A DNA stretch of 64,000 nucleotides from an uncultured Gemmatimonadales bacterium (GTDB lineage: Bacteria; Gemmatimonadota; Gemmatimonadetes; Gemmatimonadales; GWC2-71-9): NCBI GenBank assembly GCA_963828735.1, contig CAWHFW010000002.1:672001-736000 (forward strand), written 5' to 3'. Under the pieces are notes generated by a model, which worked only from the letters and a program-made list of their open reading frames with translations, made no database searches and was not told where the DNA came from. The translations under genes and the position numbers were made by a program. Shown here in pieces: positions 12,912-23,226 of the stretch (its first letter is position 1; each line of letters begins with the position of its first letter).

Positions 12912-13347
12912 AGAGACGAGTCACCCAAAGGCAGCAGGCAAGGCGGCCTCCACGACTCATCAGCGACGAGGATCGCCGAGCTGGGTGACTGGAGGGGCGA
13001 GACGCTCGCGAGGATGCGCACCCTCATCAGAGAGGCCGACCCCGATGTCGTGGAAGAAGTGGAAGTGGATGGGGACCCCGGTCTGGTCCCACGACGGGGG
13101 CATCTGCACGGGCGAGTCGTACAAGTCGATCGTGAAGCTGACCTTCTTCAAGGGCGCGTCCTTGAAGGATCCCGCCAAGCTCTTCAACTCGAGCCTCGAC
13201 GGCAACGTCAGGCGCGCCATCGACATTCACGAGGGCGAGAAGATTGACGCGAAGGCGTTCAAGGCGCTCGTCCGCGCGGCCGTCGCTCTCAATACTTCCG
13301 GCGGAAAGAAGTCCACGAAGCGCAAAGTGAGCGCCGAACGCTCATGA
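12908..13347 (+). pseudogene. DUF1801 family protein, frameshifted
   Basis: WRGETLARMRTLIREADPDVVE and KWMGTPVWSHDGGICTGE lie in different frames. Confidence 0.7.
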
Positions 13348-13423
13348 TTGTCGGTCGCACCGTGTCGTTCGGTGCTCCACGTTGGACAGGTCCGCATTGG
13401 CCGGCAGTCCCCTGCCAGGATGG

Positions 13424-13798
13424 CTACCAGAAAGCGTCGTCTTCACGGTCGCGCACCTCCCGGAGACGGTACTCGGCGATCTTGCGAATCAGACCCTCAG
13501 GCAGAGGTTTGTTGTAGGGAATCTGAAGGTAGTTCTTCGTAGTCTTGTACTTCTCCAGTTCCTTGCGACATCGCTCCAGCGCCGACGCCCCTGGCGCGAG
13601 GTTGCAGTGTGCCTTGTGGGCGGAGAAAGCGAACAGGAATCGGGGCTCCACGAAGAAGGGAGTTCCCCACTTCAATGCCTCTTCTGCCTCCGGTGCGACC
13701 TTCTTGAGAATCGCATACAGCCGGCGTAGATGCGGCCGGCCCTCGCGGGGGGCAGTCCGGATATACTCGGCGATCGTCGTCGGACGCTTGCTTGCCAT
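13424..13798 (-). CDS. DUF1801/YdhG-like protein
   Basis: TTIAEYI, LKKVAPEAEE.LKWGTP, IPY.KPLP. Confidence 0.85.
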   Translation of the reverse strand: MASKRPTTIAEYIRTAPREGRPHLRRLYAILKKVAPEAEEALKWGTPFFVEPRFLFAFSAHKAHCNLAPGASALERCRKELEKYKTTKNYLQIPYNKPLPEGLIRKIAEYRLREVRDREDDAFW

Positions 13799-13827
13799 CT
13801 TTCTTGCCACGTTTCGCGAGCGGGACC

Positions 13828-14151
13828 TCAGGTGTGGATCTCTCGCTGAGCCTCCCGCATGTACAGAAATAGCGGCAGCCCGCAAGAGACCCCGACGGTC
13901 AGGAGGGCAGCCAGCGGCGCCCAGCCACGAGCCATACCGGACCGGCGACCCTCAATCCGCACGAAAGCCCACAGCACGACCGAGGACACCAGGACATCGA
14001 GGCCGAAGAAGCTGCTGATCCGATTGACAAACAGCTGCTCCACCATCAGTCGGAGATCGAAGCCGTGGTTTCTGAGAAACGGAAGAAACTGGGAGTACGG
14101 CAGTGCGACGCCCAGTACGCAGAGCCCCAGGTACAGATGCTTCGGCTTCAT
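13828..14151 (-). CDS. DUF2834-like membrane protein
   Basis: F.N.ISSFFGLD and VGVSCGLPLFLY.RE. Confidence 0.8.
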   Translation of the reverse strand: MKPKHLYLGLCVLGVALPYSQFLPFLRNHGFDLRLMVEQLFVNRISSFFGLDVLVSSVVLWAFVRIEGRRSGMARGWAPLAALLTVGVSCGLPLFLYMREAQREIHT

Positions 14152-14256
14152 GACGCCCTCCGGTGGGTGCCCCCGAACGAGACGACGAGATCGCGGCCAG
14201 CCACGCGGGTTGCGACGGACTGATCCGCGGCATCCATGCCTTCAGGCGCGACTCGA

Positions 14257-15180
14257 TCAAAAGCGTTGGAGGTCCGCACCGATGGCTACCGCCCCCGAGA
14301 AAGAGTGCCGGATATCGGCGAGAATCCGCTCCGCGGTTGCCCGCCGCCCGTTGTGATACACGATGAGGAGCTTCGGCCGTGCTCGAGCTGCCAACACCCC
14401 CAGTTGCGACGCGGTCGTATGATACGCACGGACATAGTTTGCCCATTCCGTGGCGGACCGATTCCCCGGATGCTGCGTGGAATCCGATGGCTGCACCTCG
14501 TGGATGAGGACATCCACTCCCGTCGCCATCCGCACGAGCTCCTCGCTCGGCCGCGTGTCACCTGACAGCACAATGCTTCGGCCCGGCGTGTCGATCCGAT
14601 AGCCGTACGCTTCCCGCCATTCGCCATGAGGGACCAGGAACGCAGTGACACGCACGCCGCCACTGTCGTAGACGACACTCGGTCCGACCTCTCGCACCTC
14701 TACTCGGTAGCCTTCTCGGGATTCATGCTCGAGTCCTTCCGTGCGAATCCGGATGTCTTCGCTGAACGCCGCGTAAAGGTGCTCGGTCATTTGGGCGAGA
14801 CCGTGCGGCCCATAGACCGGGAACGGCCGTGTGCGCCCCATCACCCACGAAGTGAAGATGAGGTCTGGCAGGCCGAGCACGTGATCGCTATGGAGGTGCG
14901 TGATGAAGGCTGCCGTGACGCCGTCGATCGGCAGGCCGGCCGCGGCGAGTCGCCGCTCGACACCGACGCCGGCATCGATCAGGAACACCCGACTTCCCAC
15001 CACCACGGCGGTCGCCGGTCCCCACGCATCCGGCGATGGCCTGGGGGTCCCGGTACCGAGCATCACGACTACGGTACTCTCCCTCGCGGCGGCCGAGGCG
15101 ACTTGCGCGGACCCCACGGCGGCATTCTGACACAGCAGCGAGGCCAGGAGGACCACCGCGGCGCCCAAAGGGTTTACCAT
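14257..15180 (-). CDS. Secreted MBL-fold metallohydrolase (RNase Z/AtsA-like)
   Basis: LGTGTP, THLHSDH, SGDT, LIHE motifs; signal peptide. Confidence 0.9.
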   Translation of the reverse strand: MVNPLGAAVVLLASLLCQNAAVGSAQVASAAARESTVVVMLGTGTPRPSPDAWGPATAVVVGSRVFLIDAGVGVERRLAAAGLPIDGVTAAFITHLHSDHVLGLPDLIFTSWVMGRTRPFPVYGPHGLAQMTEHLYAAFSEDIRIRTEGLEHESREGYRVEVREVGPSVVYDSGGVRVTAFLVPHGEWREAYGYRIDTPGRSIVLSGDTRPSEELVRMATGVDVLIHEVQPSDSTQHPGNRSATEWANYVRAYHTTASQLGVLAARARPKLLIVYHNGRRATAERILADIRHSFSGAVAIGADLQRF

Positions 15181-15257
15181 GGTTCGTCTTTCGTACGCCC
15201 GGCGGGGGCGGTTGGTCTCGTGTTGGGCGGCGAGCATACCACACGCCCAATGCTCCC

Positions 15258-15704
15258 TCAATGCACGCTCAGCACCCGCACCATACCCAAGGCTGCATGT
15301 TGGGGCGCTTTGGTGGAGTCCCGGAGCGTGCACAGTATCGCGTATCGCTGCCCTTTCTGGAGATCGACCGTCATTCGGCCCGCTGAAGTCGCGCCAGGCC
15401 ACGCGAATACTACGCCGTATGGCGGTCCGTCCAGATACCGGTCCGAGAGCACGCGCACTCGGACGTCCTCACGGGCCGCCGCTACCATCTCTCGGATTCC
15501 CATGCCCTGTCGCAGCAACCCGATGACCATTTCGTGGGGGACTTGGCCTCGATTCTCCACCACGAATTGAGTTGCGCCGGCACGAACGGAATCGGGAGCT
15601 TGAAGCGCATAGTCGGTCGTCACGACTCGCACGACGCGGGGACTCCCGGTGCACCCGTAGAGGGCGAGGACCGCAACTACCCATCGTATCGAGCCAAGCC
15701 ACAT
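15258..15704 (-). CDS. Cupredoxin-like lipoprotein
   Basis: LYGC lipobox; N.G..PHEM and C.......H...GM type-1 copper-like ligands. Confidence 0.7.
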   Translation of the reverse strand: MWLGSIRWVVAVLALYGCTGSPRVVRVVTTDYALQAPDSVRAGATQFVVENRGQVPHEMVIGLLRQGMGIREMVAAAREDVRVRVLSDRYLDGPPYGVVFAWPGATSAGRMTVDLQKGQRYAILCTLRDSTKAPQHAALGMVRVLSVH

Positions 15705-15880
15705 CTGCCTCTCCTGCAGCGGAACGGAAGGCCTGACAGGTCGCCCTAACGACTGGCGTATCAGCTGGAGGCGATCATCCTCATGCACGGTTTGGCCGTG
15801 CGCACGAGGAGCGCCACCGAGCGCCCGCTGGACGCGAGGCGCTGGAGGGCCGCGAAGCCCCTTCCCCACCCCCGCTCGCC

Positions 15881-16156
15881 CTAAACGAGCGGGCTGGTGC
15901 CGGTGAAGTGCACGAAGGTGGCCTCTGGAGTCCGGCTGTCAAACCGCGTCTCGCTGACGCGCGCCGTCCCCTTCTGCCCCGTATCAAAGGTGAGTGCGAG
16001 TCGCTCATTCGGGAGAATGCCGTCCGCACTCCGCGACATGAACTCTCCGCTCCAGGACTGACGGCCCGGGCTCAGGTCCGTGATGGTGACCTGCACCTCC
16101 ACGTTGTTGAGGTCCTTCCGATTCGAGCGCTCAATGTGGGCCATGTACGCTGCCAT
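15881..16156 (-). CDS. Hypothetical protein (beta-rich)
   Basis: Clean ORF with RBS-like sequence, co-oriented with the array. Confidence 0.6.
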   Translation of the reverse strand: MAAYMAHIERSNRKDLNNVEVQVTITDLSPGRQSWSGEFMSRSADGILPNERLALTFDTGQKGTARVSETRFDSRTPEATFVHFTGTSPLV

Positions 16157-16326
16157 ACCGCAACCTGCCTTCTGGCTGACGAGGGGAGCTGCTCCGGGAA
16201 TGTAGGGTGGAGGAACCCCGGTACTGGAATGGTACTCCAACAGCCGGCGCGGCGCTCTGAGCCAAGCCACCCAGGCCCGCGGCCGCCGTTCGCACCGGCC
16301 GCCTCGGCCTCGCGCGGCGGCGCGGG

Positions 16327-16794
16327 TCAGGCCGCGTGCGTCGGAGCCGCCAGGGGGAGGGTCAGGAGCTCGCGGTCGGTGCTGTCGAAGCCAACCGCAC
16401 GATAGACTGCCTGTGCTGGCCCGTTGGTTCGCGCTACCTCGAGGTGCATGGCACGGACCCCGAGGCCCTCACAGACAGCCCTTGCGTGTCCGACCAGCAC
16501 CCGTCCTACGCCGCGATTCCGCAAGAGGGGCCGAACGAACAGGTCGACGACGAATGCACTGCGCCCTCCGTACTCCATGCTGTAGCAAAAGGTAAGCACC
16601 AGGTGACCCGCCACCTGACCTTCGAAGTCGGCCAACCAGACCTGCCCGAGGTCGCCCGGGGTGAGAAGTGGGAGAAAGGCCGAACGAGCGCGATCGGGGT
16701 TGAGCGCGTACCCGGCTTCGGCGTAGAAATCGTGCATCAGCTCGAGGAGATCGCCGAGATCTTCCGCGCCGGCTCGTCGCAGGATCACGGGCAT
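16327..16794 (-). CDS. GNAT family N-acetyltransferase
   Basis: LFV.P..RNRGVG, LEV...N..A..VY...GF. Confidence 0.9.
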   Translation of the reverse strand: MPVILRRAGAEDLGDLLELMHDFYAEAGYALNPDRARSAFLPLLTPGDLGQVWLADFEGQVAGHLVLTFCYSMEYGGRSAFVVDLFVRPLLRNRGVGRVLVGHARAVCEGLGVRAMHLEVARTNGPAQAVYRAVGFDSTDRELLTLPLAAPTHAA

Positions 16795-16981
16795 TGACTC
16801 TACCTGTCGTATGGGGTGGGACGTCGGCCCCTTCACCGGTCTCCATTGGGTGGGTCGTGGCTAGCGAGGCGGAAGGCCTGGGGAGCTTCGCGACCAGTCT
16901 GGCCCGACACGGCGCGGGTAGAGCAATTCACTTCTGCAAACGCAGGTTGGATAGTTCTGCGCGGTGCCTGGCGCGAATGCT

Positions 16982-17284
16982 TCAGGCGGGACCAGGTCCC
17001 TGACTGGCGCCGGGGCCTAGGGCCGAACGATCCTGCGCCTGGGTCAACAGTCGCTCGGCGAAGTCGACTCGATCCTGGAGCTGGCGGAATTGAGCGTCCT
17101 GGCCTGCAGAGTGCGACTGGACCTCCGCCAACGCTGAAGCCTGATCGTCGCACTGTTGCTGGAGTTGATCGAGATGGGCCTGGAGCCGCGTCGCGCCTCC
17201 GGCCCTGGCCTTTGCGACCCGTATCACCGTCTCGCCAGCGACGGTGGCCACGCCTATGATCATTAGGACGGTCAAGACATCCAT
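16982..17284 (-). CDS. Small TM plus coiled-coil protein (RVDFAERLL motif)
   Basis: N-terminal TM, C-terminal LQDRVDFAERLL. Confidence 0.7.
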   Translation of the reverse strand: MDVLTVLMIIGVATVAGETVIRVAKARAGGATRLQAHLDQLQQQCDDQASALAEVQSHSAGQDAQFRQLQDRVDFAERLLTQAQDRSALGPGASQGPGPA

Positions 17285-17498
17285 AAAGCGCGGTCCAGTC
17301 GCGAACGATGGGGAGTCAATGAACTACCTACCTCGCTCACAGTGCGGCGGCCACGTCGCTAGCGGTGAAACAAAGACGCGAGCCTCAGGACGTGGCACGG
17401 ACCGTAATCAGCTATAAGATATAGTCGCAGAGGGCAAGTGCTTCAGGACGTCGGGGCTCACACCCCGCCCGTCGAGGCGTCACTGTCGGGAGGAATGG

Positions 17499-18422
17499 AT
17501 GGACAAGCCCCGCATCTTCCTTGGGTCGTCGGGAAAGCAGGCGAAGCTGCTGCAGGCATTGACGCGCGGTCTCGAGGAGGTCGCGCACGTGGACCCCTGG
17601 ACGACGTCCTTCAATCCCGGGACCACCACGCTGGACCGTCTCGTCGAGCTCGCGCATCAAGTCGACTTCGCCGCGTTCGTATTCGCCAGGGACGACTGGA
17701 CGACCACCGGCCCCGCCCCCTCCCCTTCCGCGGACAACGGTCAGGATTCTCCGCGTGACAACGTCGTCTTCGAAGCAGGCCTGTTCGGCGGCGTCCTCGG
17801 CATGCGCCGGACCTTCATCCTCCATGCGCACGGCTCGAAGCTTCCGAGCGATCTCCTCGGCCTTACATGTGTTCGATACGGCGATGCGACGGCCGCTTCC
17901 GAGATAAAAGTCGTCAACCAGAAGCTTCGGGCCGCGATCGAGAACGAGGGGCGTCTCGCGCGCATCGAGGGCCTGTGGTGGCAGTTCTCGCTGACGGAGC
18001 GTGGCCCGCGCGAGCCGTCCGCCGTGAGCCTGCTGCGGATCTCGCGAGACCGCGACGGCGCTCTGGAGGTAAACGGCCGTTCATGGCAGGAGGATGGCAG
18101 CCTGTCCGCGAGGTACTGGAGCGAGGCGGCGAGAGAGAGGAAGGAGCCGTCGGGCGTCTTCTACTTTTGGAAGGGAGAGCGGCCCCGGGATCCGAACGCG
18201 CCGCAGCTCAGTGGGACCGGAGAGATCCGGTTGGAGTCCGCTGATCGCGCCGCCGGGTACTTCACCACTCGAGCGGACGCGGACCCGACGCTGAACATGC
18301 GGACCGCCGGTGTCTACTGGCGCGCCGAGCCCGACGATATGGACACCCTGGACGGAGGGGACGATCGGAAACGCGCCGAGTTGATCTCGGAGCGGCTGAC
18401 GCGCTGGAAGTCGATCTGCTAG
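17499..18422 (+). CDS. TIR-like nucleotide-binding domain protein (CAP12/Pycsar-type TIR) with C-terminal beta-rich domain
   Basis: RIFLGSS, DFAAFVF..DD, PRDNVVFEAGLF, LPSDL.G. Confidence 0.85.
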   Translation: MDKPRIFLGSSGKQAKLLQALTRGLEEVAHVDPWTTSFNPGTTTLDRLVELAHQVDFAAFVFARDDWTTTGPAPSPSADNGQDSPRDNVVFEAGLFGGVLGMRRTFILHAHGSKLPSDLLGLTCVRYGDATAASEIKVVNQKLRAAIENEGRLARIEGLWWQFSLTERGPREPSAVSLLRISRDRDGALEVNGRSWQEDGSLSARYWSEAARERKEPSGVFYFWKGERPRDPNAPQLSGTGEIRLESADRAAGYFTTRADADPTLNMRTAGVYWRAEPDDMDTLDGGDDRKRAELISERLTRWKSIC

Positions 18423-18505
18423 GGCCAGCATGCTGAGCCACGCGACAGCAGTATGTCGCGGGCGGCCTGAAGCGGCCAGCGGCCGGCGCTGCCAGCGAGC
18501 CTTCC

Positions 18506-19504
18506 TCAGGTCTCCGTCGCGAAGGCCGGGGGCGTAGCACTCGGGGCCGACGGCGACACATCCACGCTCACGACGCCGGGCTGGCCGTCCCGAAGCAGTC
18601 GAGTCCGCACCTCTTCCGCGGGGTGCCGCTTGCGGAGGCGGGCCTCATACTCGAGCAGGACAGCGGGGTTGCCCTCGCCACTGACCCGCGCCCGATGCCA
18701 GGTCTTGGTGAGCGCCTCGAGGAGCGGCTCGACAGCCTGTCGTCCACGCTCGACATCGGTCACCTGGATGCGGAGCAGGACGTCCCGCGAATCGGCGTCG
18801 GCCCCCTCGGGGTCGGCGTGCCGCGGCTTGGTTTTTCCTTTGCCTTTTTTCTTGCCCTTTGCCATGTCCTCCGTCTGGTCGCCTGCCGGCGCCTGATCGG
18901 CGCCCAGATCGGTCCGCCAGGTCAACACCTCGAGCAGCACGAACACCACCGACGCCATCAGCCCGATGTCGAGGGCGTAGATCCCGGCCGCGAATCCGAT
19001 CGCGACCGCCGCAAAGATGTACAGGGCGTCGCGTGACTCCTTCAGGCTGATGCGGAACCGGACGGCCGCGACGATGCCGGCGAGGCTGAAGGCCATCGCG
19101 AGGCTGTTCTGCACCACGATCAGGATCGCCGTGACGATCGACGGGAGGACCAGCACGGTGTTGGCCAGGGACTCGTCGAAGACCGCGTGGGTCCGGGTCC
19201 GCACGTAGACGATCACGATCGGGACGGTCAGGAGGAAAGCGCCCGCCATGGCCAGCAGCGCGTCGACCCATCCCGGGACGCCGAGCACCCCGGTCGTCGT
19301 GCCGAACGCGAGGCCTTCCACCGACCGGGCCCAGACCCGACGGGCACCCGCGTCGGTCAGCGGCGCGACCCGGTCGATGCCGACGACGAACGCGGTGGCC
19401 GCGGCATAGCAGCCGGTCAGGCGCCAGGCCGTGGGGGCGCCAAGCGTTCGTGCCTCACACAACGCTGGGCCGTGACGCAGCAGCCTGTGAAACATGTTCT
19501 TCAT
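18506..19504 (-). CDS. DUF4956 family membrane protein
   Basis: NSLAMAFSLAGIVAAVRFR, D..YIF..VAIG; start uncertain. Confidence 0.8.
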   Translation of the reverse strand: MKNMFHRLLRHGPALCEARTLGAPTAWRLTGCYAAATAFVVGIDRVAPLTDAGARRVWARSVEGLAFGTTTGVLGVPGWVDALLAMAGAFLLTVPIVIVYVRTRTHAVFDESLANTVLVLPSIVTAILIVVQNSLAMAFSLAGIVAAVRFRISLKESRDALYIFAAVAIGFAAGIYALDIGLMASVVFVLLEVLTWRTDLGADQAPAGDQTEDMAKGKKKGKGKTKPRHADPEGADADSRDVLLRIQVTDVERGRQAVEPLLEALTKTWHRARVSGEGNPAVLLEYEARLRKRHPAEEVRTRLLRDGQPGVVSVDVSPSAPSATPPAFATET

Positions 19505-19580
19505 GGATATCCCGGCGCTCGAGGGCAACCTACGCATTTGCGGCCGCGCTCCAGGACGGCGCCCGGCTGGGTGCGCAGGG

Positions 19581-20189
19581 TCAGGCGGCTCCCGGCGCGT
19601 CGCTACGGATCTGCGACTGGGCCAGTATTCTCTCGATCCGACGATCAGGAATCAGCCACATGAGAGCGACCAGCAAGTACAGGGCATAGGCTACGCCGGT
19701 GCCTACATACGCAATCCCGATCGCCAGGGCACACAGCAAGGGCGAGAGCTTCCCTTTGAGGTCGCGCCCCACTGCCGCGGCCAGGATGGACCCCGGCCCC
19801 TCCGAGCGCACAATCTGCCTCTGCAACGTCAAGTATGCGATGCCAGCCATCAGCAGCACCAGACCGTAGAAGGCCGCGGGGGTCGGGGTGAAGGGATGCT
19901 CGCCCATCCACCCTGTCACGAACGGCACGAGCGACAGCCAGAACAACAGGTGCAGGTTCGCCCAGAGAATCGCCCCGGTCGTTCGATGGGTGCAGCTCAG
20001 CATGTGGTGATGGTTGGTCCAGTAGATGCCGATGAATACGAAACTGAGTACGTAGCTGAGCAGGACCGGAAGCAACGGGCGCAGAGCGGCGAGCTCAGGG
20101 TCATGGGGCGTTTGCAGCTTGAGCACCATGATGGTGATGATGATCGCCAACACGCCATCGCTGAAGGCTTCCAGCCGACCTTTGCCCAT
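19581..20189 (-). CDS. TMEM175 (DUF1211) family protein, second copy
   Basis: MGKGRLEAFSDGVLAIIITIMVL; YW.NHHH. Confidence 0.92.
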   Translation of the reverse strand: MGKGRLEAFSDGVLAIIITIMVLKLQTPHDPELAALRPLLPVLLSYVLSFVFIGIYWTNHHHMLSCTHRTTGAILWANLHLLFWLSLVPFVTGWMGEHPFTPTPAAFYGLVLLMAGIAYLTLQRQIVRSEGPGSILAAAVGRDLKGKLSPLLCALAIGIAYVGTGVAYALYLLVALMWLIPDRRIERILAQSQIRSDAPGAA

Positions 20190-20226
20190 CGGTGCCCTCC
20201 CGCATTCGGAGCCGGCGCACACGACC

Positions 20227-20859
20227 CTACCTTCCGCCGGGACCCGGGTCGCGCATTGGCAATCGCCTTTCAACGGGCGCTCGCCCGTCTGAATACCGCA
20301 GCACCAGCCGGGCATTCTGGAGGACGGGGACCGTGTGCCACATCGCATTGACCACCTGTTCCAAAGCATCGGCCTTCGGGGCGGCGAGGTGAACAGCGGT
20401 TTCAGTGGGTCCCGTCCATACTGATCTGGCGTGGCCATCAGCCTCCCGGCCGACTGCCTGGTCGAGCTCACTGTAGAATCCACCGAAGTCCAGGCTCTCG
20501 TACACGTCGGGCGGCAACCCCGTGCCGTCCAGGTAGATCGTCAGCTGTTCATACTTGCCGAACGGTATGGCTTCGCGTCCGGATGCTGCGGCAAACTGGA
20601 TCGAAGAGCCGAACGGCGCGCCCATCGCTTCCAGCTGCTGAACCAGCTTGGTGACGGCGGCGTCGAGGTTCACCAGCTCGAGCTCGACGTCGGCGAACTC
20701 TATTTCCCCGTTTGCGTTCAACTGACTGCCGCCTCCCGTGACTTCCCCGAGTCCATGTTCAGTGAGGAAGGCAGCCAATGGATCCTCGTACCGCTCTCCT
20801 CGCTCGATGGGCTCGACATGCTCGGTGATTCTAGCAATGACGAGTTGACGACTGTTCAT
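20227..20859 (-). CDS. Conserved-looking hypothetical protein
   Basis: Clean 210-aa acidic ORF, P..RGE.YEDPL...GEVTGGGS. Confidence 0.75.
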   Translation of the reverse strand: MNSRQLVIARITEHVEPIERGERYEDPLAAFLTEHGLGEVTGGGSQLNANGEIEFADVELELVNLDAAVTKLVQQLEAMGAPFGSSIQFAAASGREAIPFGKYEQLTIYLDGTGLPPDVYESLDFGGFYSELDQAVGREADGHARSVWTGPTETAVHLAAPKADALEQVVNAMWHTVPVLQNARLVLRYSDGRAPVERRLPMRDPGPGGR

Positions 20860-20958
20860 CCGGGCAGTCCTGGGATAGGGGTTGGTGCCGCCAGACGACT
20901 TGTGACAACCTGTGGCCTTGTCGCTGCAAGGAGCGACTCAGGTCTGGGGAGACACGGG

Positions 20959-21085
20959 GTCTCACGAACGTGCGCATCACCCCCGCCACAGAGCTAGTGG
21001 CTGGACGCAAGGGCCGCCTGCGTTCAGGTGCCGGAACCGAGTGCGGCGGCCGCCCCGGCGACGAGTGCCATGCCCGTGCTGGCGG
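20959..21085 (-). repeat. Highly degenerate attC
   Basis: GTCTCACGAACGTGCGCATCA resembles GCCTAACGACTTGCGCATCA of intact copies. Confidence 0.4.
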
Positions 21086-21130
21086 GGCACCGTCGGAGCG
21101 GACGGCCGTCACGATACTTCTGCTTCCCGA

Positions 21131-21685
21131 TCACCGGCTCCCGTAGTCCGTAAAGACGTAGTCTCTCGTCTTCACAACCGTGTGGCACGCGAATCCACAC
21201 TTGGCGTCGTTCCCCTGCGGCGGCTTGTCGGTCGAATTCGCGGGCCTGAACTTCCCGGACGCGGTCTCATACTCGAACGCGGCCCATCCCCACCCGCCGC
21301 TGTCCGCAAACCTCTTGCTGTCCTTTACCATGAAGTCCACGTCATGCAGCGTGCCCGGCACCGTCGCTGCGGGAAACGTCTCCAGCTTCTTCGGGTTCCA
21401 GTGGATCTTCGCCATCCTGGACCCGTCGGGAAACGGCTTGCCGTTGCCAGGAATGCCGGCCCGATAGGCCTCGATCATCGCGGGATTGGCGAGGATCGCC
21501 GCAAACAGACCTCCGTCCTGACTCACCGAGACAAGGTGCCACCCTTCGTATCCCTTGAACTCGGAGAACGCGAGTCCACCCGGCACCTTCACGGTGTACT
21601 TGTCCTGGGCGGACATGGCACTGGCGCCCAAAGCACTGACGAGTACCGTCACGGCGGCAATCGTCCCGATGCCTTTGTTCTTCAT
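21131..21685 (-). CDS. Cytochrome P460 family protein
   Basis: Signal peptide; PFPDGS..AK, MVKD, GGWG.A.F, CGFACH, DYVFT. Confidence 0.88.
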   Translation of the reverse strand: MKNKGIGTIAAVTVLVSALGASAMSAQDKYTVKVPGGLAFSEFKGYEGWHLVSVSQDGGLFAAILANPAMIEAYRAGIPGNGKPFPDGSRMAKIHWNPKKLETFPAATVPGTLHDVDFMVKDSKRFADSGGWGWAAFEYETASGKFRPANSTDKPPQGNDAKCGFACHTVVKTRDYVFTDYGSR

Positions 21686-21732
21686 GACGCGTTCCTCCTT
21701 TGTGAAAGCCTGGCGGCCCTGGCTTCTGCTGC

Positions 21733-22152
21733 TTAGCGTCGGAGGGCCGCGAGTTGACCCGCGATGTACCCGCCCACGGGCAGGTCAAACCCGACACAAA
21801 ACAATGCGTACCACGACGGCGCGAACGCAGGGCCACCGGTATAGTGAAAGAAGAGGTCCCAGGCGACGTGGGCGGTCCAGCCGAGCGCCAGGAGAGCGGG
21901 CCAGCGCCGGGTGCCGAGCACAGCAGCAGCGCCATACAGGATGGCGCCGACCAGCTCGAGCTCGAGGTGGTCTCGTGGCGCTCCCAGTTGCAGGCCGAAC
22001 ACCAGATAGGCGACCGCCGTAATGCCGAGTCCGATGCCGTACACCAGCATGTCCCGGCGCGGCGCGAACCGCCGGGCGAGAAGCACTAGTGCCGCCGCAC
22101 CGAAGACACCGACCCCGACGGCAACTGTGGGTTGGGAAATGGCTGCGAACAT
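21733..22152 (-). CDS. Membrane protein (DUF6010-like)
   Basis: Four TM segments; GW..H..WD and WY..FC..FD. Confidence 0.75.
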   Translation of the reverse strand: MFAAISQPTVAVGVGVFGAAALVLLARRFAPRRDMLVYGIGLGITAVAYLVFGLQLGAPRDHLELELVGAILYGAAAVLGTRRWPALLALGWTAHVAWDLFFHYTGGPAFAPSWYALFCVGFDLPVGGYIAGQLAALRR

Positions 22153-22261
22153 GGCGAATCACTGCCTAGTGAGCGTTGACCCCGTGGGGCCGATTGATGC
22201 TGTGTCGATCGGCGTGCTTCTTCCGCTGTTGAGGGCATGAGACGGCATTTCCTTCCGGCCC

Positions 22262-22657
22262 TCAACCCTGCGTGGCGGTGACCATGTTCGCGTCCCGAAA
22301 GATGACCCAGCGGCCGTCCGCCTGCCGTCGCAGCACCGACAATACGGGACCGCTCATCAGCGTCGGGGGGCCGCCGCCGACCGGTTGGGCCTCCAGCTTC
22401 AAGTGATTCCAGCAGTAGGCCCAGTCGCCGAACACCTGAATCTCTTGGATGTCGGCCGTCCCGGTGATCACCCGCTGACCTTCCATGGCCCGTGACGCCG
22501 CGGCAAACCCCTCCCTGCCCCGCATGGGAGCGCGCCCCGGGCCAAGGAACACGACGTCGTCCGCCATCAGCTCCAACACGCGCGACAGCTCACCCTTGCC
22601 TGAGGCCTCGAGCCATGTCGCAACCAGTGTTCGAATCGCTTGCTCGTCCGCATTCAT
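22262..22657 (-). CDS. NTF2-like SgcJ/EcaC (DUF4440) family protein
   Basis: DEQAIR.L...W, LMADDVVFL, DGRW...RDANM. Confidence 0.88.
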   Translation of the reverse strand: MNADEQAIRTLVATWLEASGKGELSRVLELMADDVVFLGPGRAPMRGREGFAAASRAMEGQRVITGTADIQEIQVFGDWAYCWNHLKLEAQPVGGGPPTLMSGPVLSVLRRQADGRWVIFRDANMVTATQG

Positions 22658-22772
22658 GAGTTCATCTCACAGGCGATCATGGTCACGCCCGCACGAACCA
22701 ACGTTTCCACCGTTTTGGCCGCCGGGAAGGATGCGACCGGACGGCGTACTCGCCGAGTCTGTAGGCCGCATT

Positions 22773-23117
22773 CTAGGCTACCTGCTGCCGGAGTTCCAAC
22801 CACACCCACACGGCGCCGATCGCTAGGCAGCCTGTCGCCACCACCCCCGCCAAGAAGAAGAGCATCCCGGGACCGACGGGGTTGGGATCCGGGTCGGGCC
22901 AGAGTCCGACCTTCGCCGCAACGATAATGGCCACCAACGGGGCCGAGCCCACCAGCAGGACAGTCAACCCAGTGCGTACCCACCGCGAACGCAGATAGGC
23001 ACCTCGCTGCGATGGATTGCCGAGCACCCAGGCCAGCAGTCCCAGAGGTGGGGCCAGGAAGCACAGGAGAAGCACCAGGGCGTTGGGCCACGCGGGGCTG
23101 GAACGAGACTCCGGCAT
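22773..23117 (-). CDS. Small membrane protein
   Basis: Three TM segments, PDPNPVG loop; GGAGG RBS. Confidence 0.7.
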   Translation of the reverse strand: MPESRSSPAWPNALVLLLCFLAPPLGLLAWVLGNPSQRGAYLRSRWVRTGLTVLLVGSAPLVAIIVAAKVGLWPDPDPNPVGPGMLFFLAGVVATGCLAIGAVWVWLELRQQVA

Positions 23118-23166
23118 ACGCCGTTTCCTCCACGGGGGTCGGGGTGACGTCCAGCCGGGCTGGTGT

Positions 23167-23224
23167 CTTGCGCATCAGCTGCAAGACCTCAGGCCCGCGC
23201 CCACACAAACCTACGTTCCACTGC
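23167..23224 (-). repeat. attC remnant (half site)
   Basis: CTTGCGCATCAGCTGCAAG...AAACCTACGTTCCACTG. Confidence 0.6.
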
Positions 23225-23226
23225 AC

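Noticed and set aside
12740..13070. Frameshifts in the small membrane and DUF1801 genes as recoding
   Set aside because: No shared slippery motif; decay or sequencing error is likelier, which is also a caution for other frameshift claims
21170..21210. CX3CH heme motif in cytochrome P460 as a novelty
   Set aside because: Probably a family-level spacing variant; nothing else here suggests a new function
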